This document shows, piece after piece, positions 1 through 9,314 of a stretch of 64,000 nt of DNA. The notes below the pieces were generated by a model. The model was not told where the DNA came from. It searched no databases and saw only the letters and a list, made by a program, of their open reading frames with translations. Source of the stretch: a virus; IMG/VR virus record IMGVR_UViG_3300042868_010004, positions 96,001 through 160,000 of that record. One strand, written 5' to 3'. The translations under genes were made by a program, and so were the position numbers. Each line of letters starts with the position of its first letter. Position 1 is the first letter of the stretch.

Positions 1-1
1 C

Positions 2-1168
2 CGTCTTCCGTTGAAGAATACAAAAATACCCGCTATCCTTCCAGAAGTCTTCTGAATCAATCACCGCGCCCTCATTTTGAATGAATGACTGAGTGGGTTG
101 ATTGGCTTTCCAGTGGGCATGAGAAAGGAAGATTTTTCCATCTGACAAGAGGTATTTATTTGTCTTGAACTTTAAACCGTCATAATTTGTCTTTTCTCCG
201 GTCTTGTCAAGCGGATTTTCTGTAGGTTTGATAGATTCGACCAAGGCGACATCCAGCATACGGAAACGGATTTCGTCCAGTTCTGAACCATCTGCGCGGC
301 AGAAGAAAATAGTTTTAACCCCGGAATGCTTGAGTTTTTTACAATAATCAATACTAGTCTGGCTCGTGACTTCAAAATTCAGAACCGGAATGCGGCCACG
401 GGCTCGTTTTAGGAGATCAATGGAAATTTCTTGATTGGCTACAACCGTATATTTCCGCGTAGAAAGCAGTTGGGCCAAAGCATTCTCATCATGTAAGTAA
501 TCCATTCGAAGGCTGAAAACATGCTCGGGGAAGATTTGAGGATTAATGATTGAGTCCGGTATTACTTCGATTACCGAATTTTGAAACAATTCTCCCATAT
601 ATTTTGTTTCAAAAGAGGCCCGGCGACTGACAAGATTCAGTAAGACCGTATCAACAATCTCTTCTGGTTTGATCGTATTGATATTTTTATTTCGTTCAAC
701 CGCTTGGTAGGTCGGGTGGGGTGCCGTCCCACAAATATTGACCGAGAAATAATTCAGTCCATTGGTCTGACAACTTGTTGAGCCATAAAGCGTTACCGCA
801 TCTTTTTTATATTTCGCAGCAAGTATTGAATACAGATGATCCCCGGACAAAAGCATCCGGCAACGGGAGATTAGGTAGTCGGCCTTCCCCGGTCTCAGCC
901 CAAGGAGATGTGCCGAACAAGCATTTAATCGGGAACAGGGTTTATCGGAGATTTGAACGAGAATGAATTGATTGCCAAGTTCTTTTTTTAGTTCATCGAC
1001 AACAATCGCCCAATAATCATAGGTCTTACTCGGAGCCTTTTCATTCGGCGAGGTATTGATCAGGATGGTTTTTCCCAAGTCGAAGTCAACGGGGACGAAA
1101 TCCTCCATGATGTAAGGTTCGGAATGCCGTAAGCCGGTGGAAAGAGAATACAGATCGGTAAGTTTCAT
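2..1168 (-). CDS. GT9/heptosyltransferase-like glycosyltransferase (3' end runs off window; missed by ORF track)
   Basis: Manual translation from ATG 1168: MKLTDLYSLSTGLRHSEPYIMEDFVPV...SKTYDYWAIVVDELKKELGNQFILVQIS...DAVTLYGST; open to window edge (389 codons). Confidence 0.7.
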   Translation of the reverse strand, partial: MKLTDLYSLSTGLRHSEPYIMEDFVPVDFDLGKTILINTSPNEKAPSKTYDYWAIVVDELKKELGNQFILVQISDKPCSRLNACSAHLLGLRPGKADYLISRCRMLLSGDHLYSILAAKYKKDAVTLYGSTSCQTNGLNYFSVNICGTAPHPTYQAVERNKNINTIKPEEIVDTVLLNLVSRRASFETKYMGELFQNSVIEVIPDSIINPQIFPEHVFSLRMDYLHDENALAQLLSTRKYTVVANQEISIDLLKRARGRIPVLNFEVTSQTSIDYCKKLKHSGVKTIFFCRADGSELDEIRFRMLDVALVESIKPTENPLDKTGEKTNYDGLKFKTNKYLLSDGKIFLSHAHWKANQPTQSFIQNEGAVIDSEDFWKDSGYFCILQRKT

Positions 1169-1182
1169 ACGGATTTTTGTTT

Positions 1183-3057
1183 TTAAAGTTTGGTTTGAAA
1201 GGCCACGACGCTTGATTCCGATTTAAATGTCTTTTTCGGTATGATTACTACGTCAACCACTCCATCAATCTCTCCGTGCCCGGTCATAACCGCTTCATTT
1301 TCAAAAATCGGGGCATAAGGAATAATGCAATCAATATACGGATTGCCTTCTAGTATCTCGCTAAACTGAGGATTGGCCGCGAAGTAAATTTTATGGTCCG
1401 GGTAAGTCTGGCGGGCAGATTCCAAAAGAGAGGTCGAGAGATATAACTCTTGTTCATCACCGTTAGAGACAAAAAGAACGGTCTTACAATTTTGGTCAAA
1501 TAATTCAGTCAATTCCGTTTTCTTATTCCGTTCATTATCATCTAAGGCAACTTTGATAAAGTATTTGTAAACATCTTCTCGGGAAATGCCTTGACTCAGC
1601 GCTGTCATCCAGTGCTTTCGCCCGTCCCCATTCGGGGGCTCGGGCTGGAAGAGAACGTTGTCATACAGCAGGGTCAGGAATTCATCCGGGGATTCAACCT
1701 CGGGCATAGGATAGTCTGGATTCTTTCGTTTGGGCGTTAGATCGAAGTCGTAATTAATCTCGGGAAGATTGTCTAGGATTTCGACCCATTTTTTACCCAT
1801 TACCTCGGGAGAGAAGGTATTAAGGGCAAAAGAACGCCCGCTATCCCCAATGATTTTTCGCTTGTCGGAATCCATTAAATGGATCTTTTTCAGGAATTTG
1901 AAGACCGAATATGGATTGGGGACGGCCCGATTGAATTGCGTTTGATGTTGAACCGTGTATGAACAATCAATTTCAGTCACAAAGGGTTCGTCCGTAAAGG
2001 TCTTCCCGAATGAGTAGGAGACGGTTCCAAGGGGTAGCCCGGCATACAGGGCCTCAATGATTGGCATTTCGCACCCGCCCGCATTAGCAAGGTGGCAATA
2101 ACAATCCATGATATTGTAAATTTCATTCAACTGGGATTCGGAAACCCCATGATAGACATTGGTTGTGATTTGACTTTTCTCATACCCGCAAAATGGGCAG
2201 TTCTGATCCTGACCGACATACGGCTTGATCTCATATTCGTTGCATTGACGGCAAATATACGTGGTTAAGACATCCTCTGTTTGAACCCCGCAATCCTTCA
2301 TCAGCTTAGGGATATTCCATCCTTCTGAAAAGTTCGTGTGAAGAAGTAGTTTTGCCTTTACGTTCGGGAATTCTTTTCGGAATTGAGCAAAGCCCTGCAA
2401 GAGCGGTTTGATTTCTTTCCGGGGCTGCGAACGGAAGACGAAGCCGGTGATGAAGGTATCGGAGTCAATACAGAACTTCTTTCGTAGGTTCAACTTGTCT
2501 TCTTTTGGTAACGGGAAGAAATATTCGTTCTCAATGATGGCGGGCATTGTCCGGACGTGATTCAGTCCGATTTTCTGAAATTCCTCCTCCGCGAATTTTG
2601 CCCAAACGGTCATATTCGGTGACTTCTTCGCCATTTCGATCTGTTCGTCGGCCAGAGGGAGAGAGTCAATCGTGATATGCGGAATGACGTTAATTTTGTT
2701 CCACCAAGACTTTTTCAGATAGGGGAAGGCCCAAGAGTCGTTGGAAAGAATGAATATGTCGGGCTTTGTCTTTTGAATGAACTCGTCAATTTTCAGAGAG
2801 CCATAAGAAGCGTCTCTGAGGGCTGTGGGATCAGATTGCAGAGCGGCGAGTTGATTCCGGTCATCAGGGGTCGCCCCATAACATTCAATGGGAAGTTTTT
2901 TATTTTCGGGGGCAGACCAAGAAAGGCCGGTTGCAAAATATTTTAAGTCATACTTACCTGTCTTGTATAGATATTTCAGGAGGGCTTTCCCGTTTCTGCC
3001 TAGCCCGGTATTTGAAGTTGGGAAATCGGTTGAAATTGCAACTACTTTTTTGCGCAT
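1183..3057 (-). CDS. Multidomain glycosyltransferase: GT4 core with Zn-ribbon insertion, DUF4214-like helix, C-terminal GT9-like N-domain
   Basis: TGLGRNG N-terminal motif, NAGGCEMPIIEA GT4 motif, CRQC..CPFC insertion, DGRKHWMTAL..SREDV, STSLLESARQTYPDHKIYF; start at MRKK (3057) fits promoter TTGACT 3090-3085/CATAAT. Confidence 0.8.
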   Translation of the reverse strand: MRKKVVAISTDFPTSNTGLGRNGKALLKYLYKTGKYDLKYFATGLSWSAPENKKLPIECYGATPDDRNQLAALQSDPTALRDASYGSLKIDEFIQKTKPDIFILSNDSWAFPYLKKSWWNKINVIPHITIDSLPLADEQIEMAKKSPNMTVWAKFAEEEFQKIGLNHVRTMPAIIENEYFFPLPKEDKLNLRKKFCIDSDTFITGFVFRSQPRKEIKPLLQGFAQFRKEFPNVKAKLLLHTNFSEGWNIPKLMKDCGVQTEDVLTTYICRQCNEYEIKPYVGQDQNCPFCGYEKSQITTNVYHGVSESQLNEIYNIMDCYCHLANAGGCEMPIIEALYAGLPLGTVSYSFGKTFTDEPFVTEIDCSYTVQHQTQFNRAVPNPYSVFKFLKKIHLMDSDKRKIIGDSGRSFALNTFSPEVMGKKWVEILDNLPEINYDFDLTPKRKNPDYPMPEVESPDEFLTLLYDNVLFQPEPPNGDGRKHWMTALSQGISREDVYKYFIKVALDDNERNKKTELTELFDQNCKTVLFVSNGDEQELYLSTSLLESARQTYPDHKIYFAANPQFSEILEGNPYIDCIIPYAPIFENEAVMTGHGEIDGVVDVVIIPKKTFKSESSVVAFQTKL

Positions 3058-3113
3058 GCAGATTATGAAAAACAAGAATACATAAGTCAAGACGGAAGTT
3101 TATCATTCAAATC

Positions 3114-3151
3114 CGAAAAAAGAAAACCCGCCTGTTTTAAGGGCGGGCTTT
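3114..3151 (-). terminator. Rho-independent terminator after putative ssb
   Basis: Minus strand AAGCCCGCC-cttaaaaca-GGCGGGTTTT-CTTTTTT. Confidence 0.75.
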
Positions 3152-3175
3152 GCAAGTTGTTGATTACGAATCAGA

Positions 3176-3841
3176 TCAGAAAGGGATCTCGGAACTGTCT
3201 TCCTGATCATCAACGGGTTGCGTCTTGGGCTTAGTGGTTTTCTTACCAGTGGGCGCGGGGGTAGGGTCAGCCTTCTTCGCGGGGACCGTGGTCTTACCGG
3301 AGAACTTCTCTTTGATAGCTTTCACGTAGAATTCATCAAGTTCGATAGAATCACGCTTAATTACCTTACCTCGGCTATCCTTAATTTCCTCTTCCTTGGG
3401 GAGTTCGTCTTTGGTGAACTTCCACTTTACAAGTTCGTCATTTTGCCAAACGGAAATTTGTGGGTAACGAGCATTGTTCTTGGCGGGATTCGGCTTGGTA
3501 AGATAGATGGTGAACTTCAGATTCTCATAAGATTCTAGACCGAGAAGGGAATTGAATACGGATCGAGTGAGAATCGAAAAGCTCAAATCTAGAACATATT
3601 TTTCGTCCCCGTCAATCAGGGAGACCTTTACGGTGGGATACTTTTCACCCTTCCATTCGCGTTCGCCCGTATCAACTTTATCAAGAGCGCCGGAAAATTC
3701 CTTACTCTTCTGCACCACTTGGTATTCACCGTCAATCTTCTGCTTGAAAGAAAAATAAGGTTCGCACTGAACGTCATTTTCCTTGTGAACTGGTTTTACG
3801 AAGAAAACCTTGCCATTATATTCATTAGTAGAGCCAATCAT
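3176..3841 (-). CDS. Putative single-stranded DNA-binding protein
   Basis: Beta-rich N domain, Lys/Pro linker, acidic C tail DDQEDSSEIPF like the SSB DDDIPF interaction tail. Confidence 0.55.
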   Translation of the reverse strand: MIGSTNEYNGKVFFVKPVHKENDVQCEPYFSFKQKIDGEYQVVQKSKEFSGALDKVDTGEREWKGEKYPTVKVSLIDGDEKYVLDLSFSILTRSVFNSLLGLESYENLKFTIYLTKPNPAKNNARYPQISVWQNDELVKWKFTKDELPKEEEIKDSRGKVIKRDSIELDEFYVKAIKEKFSGKTTVPAKKADPTPAPTGKKTTKPKTQPVDDQEDSSEIPF

Positions 3842-3945
3842 GATATTTTATTTTATTGTTGTTGTTTATATTTACTGTTTCTGACATTAGATTCGTTAGG
3901 ATTCCCGCACGATTCTAAAATTGATATTCTGAATTTATCGGAAAT

Positions 3946-3951
3946 TGTCAA
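3946..3951 (-). promoter_or_regulatory. Sigma70-like promoter -35 (TTGACA; -10 GAATAT at 16 nt) for putative ssb
   Basis: Intergenic, upstream of 3841. Confidence 0.5.
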
Positions 3952-4100
3952 GAAGAAAAATTCATTCGAGTGAACTACCACGCCCTAAAGGGCTGTGGCT
4001 TCCTGTTTCATAGGGTTTGACTTATTACTTTCAAACATATAGTTTGAAAAAACAGCGGTCAACTCCTCCACAGGCAGACTTCTAAGTTCCGTAGAAGTTA
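3950..4100 (-). ncRNA. Predicted omegaRNA (reRNA) 3' part of TnpB1 with guide TCGAATGAATTTTTCTTCTT; 5' boundary approximate
   Basis: omegaRNAs overlap tnpB 3' end and right end; guide = sequence just beyond TCAC. Confidence 0.55.
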
Positions 4101-5362
4101 ATTTTGGATTATATAACCCAAAACATAATATTGTTTTTGCTGATTTAATATCTCTATCTTCGGAAAAATCACCATCAACAAACATCCGTTCGGATAGGTT
4201 TATTTTTATGTTTTTCCCGCTAATTGGAGATATTTTTGTTGTTAGAAGCCAACGATTTATCATAATGGAAGTTTCCAAGTTTTTTAACTTAGTCTTTATT
4301 CTCCCCATGACTGAATGCTGAACTTGTTTTCCGAAAAGACCGGAATGCCAACCTTTTAAATTTTCATCCTGAAAGACAACGGTTTCGTATGATTTTAATT
4401 TGCTTATGAATTTATTAGCAGCGTCATTTTTCTTATTAATTAGTTTTACATGTGATTTTTGTATTTTCTTGATCTGTTTAACATAATTTTTACTTCCCTT
4501 TTTGCGCTTTGATAACTTTCTCTGTTTTCTCTTATGGTATATCGTTGGCGGAAAACTCCAATTAAATTTCTCACCGTTGGACAAAACAATATTATCTTTT
4601 ATTCCAAAATCCAATCCAATTTTACCGCTTTTAGCAATCTTCTCTTTATTTTGATAGCAGCAAATTTTAATATAATATCCGGTAGAATCTCTAAATAAAA
4701 CAGCACTTGCGCAATCTTTTCCGTCTAACTGAGTCAACCCAGAGATTTTCAGCTTTCCGATTCCCTGAATCCTCATATAGTTCTTTCCAGAAATTTTATG
4801 AGTTGATCCAAATTGTTTCAACGGAATGGAATTAACTTCCTGTGAAAAATCTAACCCGCCAACTTTTAACCCCGCTTTTTTAGCTTTTGAAAGGTTTACA
4901 ATATTTTGTTGACCTCTCTCAATTAAAGATTGAATAATTTGAGAACCAAGCGTTAAAGTTCTCTCTTCTTTTATATCACATTTTCCAGTTTCCTTATTAA
5001 AAACATGAACAATAACTTTTCGCTCTTTAGAATCTCTTGTGAAAAAACTTTGGTCGTTCAACATATCATTATACAACCATTTCGCTTGAACAAAAGAATT
5101 TTCTAATTTCTCCTTAACCTCCCTGCTTAAATGTGAATAATCTACCTTGACAGTGAAAACCTTCAAAGACATAGCAGATCTCTTAGCTTTATTCAAAGCC
5201 ATAGTCTGTTTTATCTTTGCTGATTTTGATAACATAATTTACTTAGTAGAATCTTCCCAACATATAAATACAGGTTTTTATGATAAAAGTGAAAACCATT
5301 TTAAAATTTATTGCGATAATTCATCCCCTAGCTAAAGCACGAGGCTTTCTTATCGTCATATC
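3970..5362 (-). mobile_element. IS200/IS605-family TnpA-less (IS1341-like) element 1 carrying tnpB
   Basis: Left end: TTAC target (5366-5363), AAAG guide and imperfect hairpin CCTCGTGC-TTTA-GCTAGGGG; right end: GAAG guide, hairpin CCACAGCCC-TTTA-GGGCGTGG, ends TAGTTCAC at 3970. Confidence 0.8.
3985..5235 (-). CDS. tnpB: TnpB RNA-guided nuclease family, QDE variant lacking Zn-finger cysteines
   Basis: RuvC-I GLDFG, RuvC-II region VFQDENLKGW (canonical IEDL), RuvC-III DRDIKSA; TKISPISG replaces CxxC. Confidence 0.85.
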   Translation of the reverse strand: MLSKSAKIKQTMALNKAKRSAMSLKVFTVKVDYSHLSREVKEKLENSFVQAKWLYNDMLNDQSFFTRDSKERKVIVHVFNKETGKCDIKEERTLTLGSQIIQSLIERGQQNIVNLSKAKKAGLKVGGLDFSQEVNSIPLKQFGSTHKISGKNYMRIQGIGKLKISGLTQLDGKDCASAVLFRDSTGYYIKICCYQNKEKIAKSGKIGLDFGIKDNIVLSNGEKFNWSFPPTIYHKRKQRKLSKRKKGSKNYVKQIKKIQKSHVKLINKKNDAANKFISKLKSYETVVFQDENLKGWHSGLFGKQVQHSVMGRIKTKLKNLETSIMINRWLLTTKISPISGKNIKINLSERMFVDGDFSEDRDIKSAKTILCFGLYNPKLTSTELRSLPVEELTAVFSNYMFESNKSNPMKQEATAL

Positions 5363-5374
5363 GTAAACTCAGCC

Positions 5375-5815
5375 TCAGAGTATTTCATAATTGTTGCCCG
5401 ACCCGGCAATTACATCAACCGAGGCATAGGCATCTGAAATGACAAAGGTGGATTGATAATCAAAAGTCACGCCCGCGCCCGATAGCGTGATTGCATTCCC
5501 CGTAGATTGCCCGGCGATGTCTTTCACTTTGAAAATCTTAGCATCACCCGAGGGAATAGGGAAGGATAGTGTTTTGGCTGAACCTGAAGTATTCACCGCA
5601 AGATAGTAATCGGAATAGGAGACGGAATAGGAAGATTCGTTAATGACTTTTCGATTAATTGACTCGCTAAGAATAAAGATATTTTCAAAAGTTTTTTCAC
5701 CCTCGACTGTCTGATCTCCGGTCAGAAGAACAAACTGCCCATCAACTACATCAAGGATATAACCTGAGAATTGCAGGAGATTTATTTGTTCAAGACGAAT
5801 GGGCGAATAGGGCAT
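5375..5815 (-). CDS. Small virion/tail-fibre-associated-like protein
   Basis: LLTGDQTVEGEKTF repeat and AVNTSGSAKTLSFP..KIFKVKD..GNAITL beta motif typical of tail fibre domains. Confidence 0.5.
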   Translation of the reverse strand: MPYSPIRLEQINLLQFSGYILDVVDGQFVLLTGDQTVEGEKTFENIFILSESINRKVINESSYSVSYSDYYLAVNTSGSAKTLSFPIPSGDAKIFKVKDIAGQSTGNAITLSGAGVTFDYQSTFVISDAYASVDVIAGSGNNYEIL

Positions 5816-5922
5816 ACGAAAAACGGATTAAAGAACTTTTGATTTTATCCGATGTTTTTGTCTGAATGAATGGGTTTCCTATCGGGAGGATTATTTTTAA
5901 TTTTTATCATGATGATTAATGG

Positions 5923-6327
5923 TTAGTTTGGCATTCTAAATGTCTTGTCAATATGCTCTCGAACCTTCTTCTGGGCGGCAATCTTGGGGCGGGGATCGTC
6001 AGGATGGTTGATTCCCCGGCGTTTCTTGGAATACTCGTCAAAGAATTTTATCTTAACGGGGTCCATGCCGAGTTTCTGTTCCCGCTTGGCCGACATTTCG
6101 GCGGAACAGTCGGAGATGTCGCCGATTTTGACTTTTTTATTCTCAAATTGGTTGACGAACTGACTCTGGGAGAATGGGTCGGCCTTGGTATTTGAGGAAG
6201 TATAAGGAATGTTGAATACCCGATTCCATTTCAGACCATCTGAATCAAAATAAACATGCGGGTCGTTGGCGTTCTGAGAAACGTCAATAATTTCGCCGGT
6301 TTCCGGATGTTGGTAGGTATATATCAT
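5923..6327 (-). CDS. Hypothetical, FmdB-like N terminus (cysteine-less)
   Basis: MIYTYQHPETGE..W.RVF..P pattern. Confidence 0.5.
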   Translation of the reverse strand: MIYTYQHPETGEIIDVSQNANDPHVYFDSDGLKWNRVFNIPYTSSNTKADPFSQSQFVNQFENKKVKIGDISDCSAEMSAKREQKLGMDPVKIKFFDEYSKKRRGINHPDDPRPKIAAQKKVREHIDKTFRMPN

Positions 6328-6361
6328 GTGCCTTATTCCTGAATAAAGAGATTACACGGAA

Positions 6362-6754
6362 TCAATCCGAGATAGAATTAGAAGAAGTAATTTTACTCAG
6401 TTCTCGACTCTTTAGGCTAATATCCAAATTAATTTGTTTGATAGTCTCCATGATTTTATTTTTATTTTGAATAGCGTTTTGCCAAAGCCTCTCAGATGCA
6501 AACATTCTTTTGATTTGTAGAATTCTCCCCGGCCAAATTTTGTTAGTTTCACCAAATATTCCATCAGAAATAGGTTGAATCTCGTTCCTTTGGATCTTAT
6601 TATTTAGACTTACTTCTGATTGATAGCAAGAAAACAACTCGTTTTCACTTTCCGAAAGACTTAAAAACATTAATCTTAGTCCGGGTAATTTAGATTCAAG
6701 AAAAGAGATTTCATCCTTTAATTCATTGACTTTTTTGATTACAGAATTTTGCAT
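6362..6754 (-). CDS. Hypothetical coiled-coil protein
   Basis: ORF in operon, overlaps upstream GT stop region. Confidence 0.55.
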   Translation of the reverse strand: MQNSVIKKVNELKDEISFLESKLPGLRLMFLSLSESENELFSCYQSEVSLNNKIQRNEIQPISDGIFGETNKIWPGRILQIKRMFASERLWQNAIQNKNKIMETIKQINLDISLKSRELSKITSSNSISD

Positions 6755-7830
6755 AAAATTGCATCAACGGTCTTTTTCCATGTAAAATCAGTTTGAATTT
6801 TTAACCCGGCCTCATTGATTTTATTTTTCAGTCTTTTTTCTAGCGCGCGGTCCATGGCAGAAGAGAACGAATTTGAGTCCCATGAAAAAAAATTTCCCTG
6901 ATTCCATCCCGAGCCTTTAACGAAAAATTTATTGTCATAACAGGGGACTTTACCGTCCGGTTCAATCAAATCCGCCCCGCCGACAGAAGCCCATTCCTTC
7001 AATCCCATGGTGTTTGGCCCGACCATATACTTTCCTAATCCGAGACAATGAAACGACGGCAAACTCCATCCCTCATTCGCCCCGCCATCCAAGACGATAT
7101 TGCAGCAGTTGAAGGCTTCGTTCAGTTGAGTCTGATTCGCTAGATATGGATAGATCGTAACATTAAAATACTTCTTCCCGCCCATGAACTTGTCGATCAG
7201 CCCGGCGTTCTCTTCCGGCTTGAGATGGACATTATGAACATGGAGATGCAGACGATGTTTTGGGTTATTACCGAACTTCTCAAGCCAGAGGGGTATTACT
7301 TTATGGTGCCACTTCCGGGCTTCAAGTTTTCCGCAAATCAGCCAGACGGTGACATCATCGGGCAGATACTTTTTATTGGTTGTATAGAAGTGTATGGGGT
7401 CGAATCCGAGGGGAATGTTATGAACCGGGACTTCGACCCCGTAATTCAAAAAAGTCTGGCGGGTTTCTTCATTTGTAACAAAGATTTGATCTTGATTGTT
7501 CAGAATATTGACTTCGTTCGGGGTTAATTCGTCTAGTTCATGGAAGGTCAGCAAGTTTTGGCGCTCGCCCACGGATTGTTCCGCCGACTGAATGTGCCAG
7601 AGTTTGAGCGTGGGATTCTTCCGTGAGTAGGAGGATAGGAATGAATTCGCCTTGGAGGTTAGTAGAGCCTTATCTTCCTCTTTTGCTTTCGAGAAGGATT
7701 GGAAATCCATTTGTCCGATTGGACAGAAATCAAAGGGCTGTCCGCGCCGGATTAGTTCTTGGGCGATGTTGAAGCCGACTGACCCAAAGGACACGGAATT
7801 TTGGGGCGCGTTGAAGTTGATTTTTTGCAT
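6739..7830 (-). CDS. Glycosyltransferase GT4-like
   Basis: GKLEARK, GANEGWSLPSFHC (ExFGLPxxE-like), WKKTVD C-terminal motif. Confidence 0.8.
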   Translation of the reverse strand: MQKINFNAPQNSVSFGSVGFNIAQELIRRGQPFDFCPIGQMDFQSFSKAKEEDKALLTSKANSFLSSYSRKNPTLKLWHIQSAEQSVGERQNLLTFHELDELTPNEVNILNNQDQIFVTNEETRQTFLNYGVEVPVHNIPLGFDPIHFYTTNKKYLPDDVTVWLICGKLEARKWHHKVIPLWLEKFGNNPKHRLHLHVHNVHLKPEENAGLIDKFMGGKKYFNVTIYPYLANQTQLNEAFNCCNIVLDGGANEGWSLPSFHCLGLGKYMVGPNTMGLKEWASVGGADLIEPDGKVPCYDNKFFVKGSGWNQGNFFSWDSNSFSSAMDRALEKRLKNKINEAGLKIQTDFTWKKTVDAILCKIL

Positions 7831-7841
7831 ATATAGATTGT

Positions 7842-8270
7842 TTATCGTTTTTTGTAAAAATTCTCTTTGGCAACCCTAATTCTCTCTAAAAGCTCTGGAT
7901 TTTCCATATTGTTTCCAATAATTTCCGCTAGCTGTTCTTCTGGCTCCATATAATCATGCCAAATATTCCCCGCACACCAATTAGAAATTACTAGACCAAG
8001 ATCTTTATAATTATCTCCAACACAAAGAACGTCGCCTTCGTAAATTTCTTTTCCATTCTTATCTTTTGATCCGGTGAATTGTTGGATAACTAGCTTGTCT
8101 GGCATCACCAATTCATTGAATGAATTTCGGACTAGACAGCCCTGTTCCAGCAGATTCCGAAAATAATTGGTTGATTGGTGGGTCGGAGTTAGTGGGTGGA
8201 TATCATTAGAGGTAACCCATTCTTTATTTTCCGTATCCCATACTCGAAATTTGATTTGTCTGTTTGTCAT
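7842..8270 (-). CDS. YopX family protein (paralog 1)
   Basis: IKFRVWD, QFTGSKDKNGKEIYEGD, EIIGN..ENPELL. Confidence 0.85.
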   Translation of the reverse strand: MTNRQIKFRVWDTENKEWVTSNDIHPLTPTHQSTNYFRNLLEQGCLVRNSFNELVMPDKLVIQQFTGSKDKNGKEIYEGDVLCVGDNYKDLGLVISNWCAGNIWHDYMEPEEQLAEIIGNNMENPELLERIRVAKENFYKKR

Positions 8271-8273
8271 AAA

Positions 8274-8888
8274 TTAAAATTTCCGCCCGACTAATTCCTT
8301 CCCAACCTTCTCCCGGATTTTCTTCTGAATAGTCCGTGCAGAAACAATACAGCCCTGTTTTGACGTTCCTTCCGACTCGGCAATAGCCTTCCATTTCCCG
8401 AGCGCCGAATTGTCCCCATGGTCGAGAAACCGCTTGCGGAAAACCCTTTGTTTTCTAGGAGTCATGGTTCGAACCACCTGCTGTATGACCGCGATGCCGT
8501 CTCTGGCCTCCAACTCCGAATGCAGGCTCGGCATCTTGGCGGGCAGAATGTCGAAATTAATTTCATCCCATGATTCATTCTTGGCGAATTTGTTCTTATC
8601 TTTAATAATTTGTAAACACCTGTTCCGTGTGACCGATCCGAGGAAGGTTCCGAATGCGCCTCTCGCTGGATCGTAACCTAGTGCCGCTGAGTAGACCGTA
8701 TAGGGCTTTTCGTCCAAGCTTTCTTGGTAGGAAAAATGCGGGGAGTTTAAATAGGGCTTGGTGCAGGTATGGTAAATGCCGGAATGGCGACTCATTAGTT
8801 CGGTAACAGCCAAGCTATCGGCCTCCTCTTTGACTTTTCGGACCAATTCTAAATCGGGAACGGAGGAGAGGGACGGGGGCGTATACAT
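8274..8888 (-). CDS. Phage RNA polymerase sigma factor (sigma70/ECF-like)
   Basis: DLELV..A..ELMSRH, region 2 YDPARGAFGTFL..RNRC, region 4 RKQRVFRKRF..WKAIAESEG. Confidence 0.75.
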   Translation of the reverse strand: MYTPPSLSSVPDLELVRKVKEEADSLAVTELMSRHSGIYHTCTKPYLNSPHFSYQESLDEKPYTVYSAALGYDPARGAFGTFLGSVTRNRCLQIIKDKNKFAKNESWDEINFDILPAKMPSLHSELEARDGIAVIQQVVRTMTPRKQRVFRKRFLDHGDNSALGKWKAIAESEGTSKQGCIVSARTIQKKIREKVGKELVGRKF

Positions 8889-8891
8889 ACC

Positions 8892-9278
8892 TTAAAGAAT
8901 TCTCATTTTCTTGATAAGAGGTAGCAAATAAGAAAAACTTGAATCAAAAAATACTAGAGAGTCATTACCCCTTTCGATAAAGGGGATCAAAGAAGAACCG
9001 AAAATTTCCGGATTACCCAAATCCTCGCTGTATAAAACGTAAATCTGGTCCTCAAAAATTGATACAAATGCGGTCTTTTTGCATTTTTTGAGCTGTTTGA
9101 TGGCATTCTCTACAATGTTTTTAGCCGCTTTTTTGTTATCGTCAAAGTCCTGATTCCCAGCATAGTCAAAAGTATAAGCCAAGGCTGCTGCTGCCTCGTT
9201 ATTTTCCCAGCTAAAACCAATAGGAAAGAAGGTGATTCGACCTAATTTGCTATTGAGTGATATTTGCTGGTAGCTCAT
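8892..9278 (-). CDS. Hypothetical protein
   Basis: ORF with upstream TTGACT(9318-9313)/TAACGT promoter. Confidence 0.6.
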   Translation of the reverse strand: MSYQQISLNSKLGRITFFPIGFSWENNEAAAALAYTFDYAGNQDFDDNKKAAKNIVENAIKQLKKCKKTAFVSIFEDQIYVLYSEDLGNPEIFGSSLIPFIERGNDSLVFFDSSFSYLLPLIKKMRIL

Positions 9279-9314
9279 ACGTTCTGTCCCACGTTATATT
9301 TTAACCGAAAAAAG

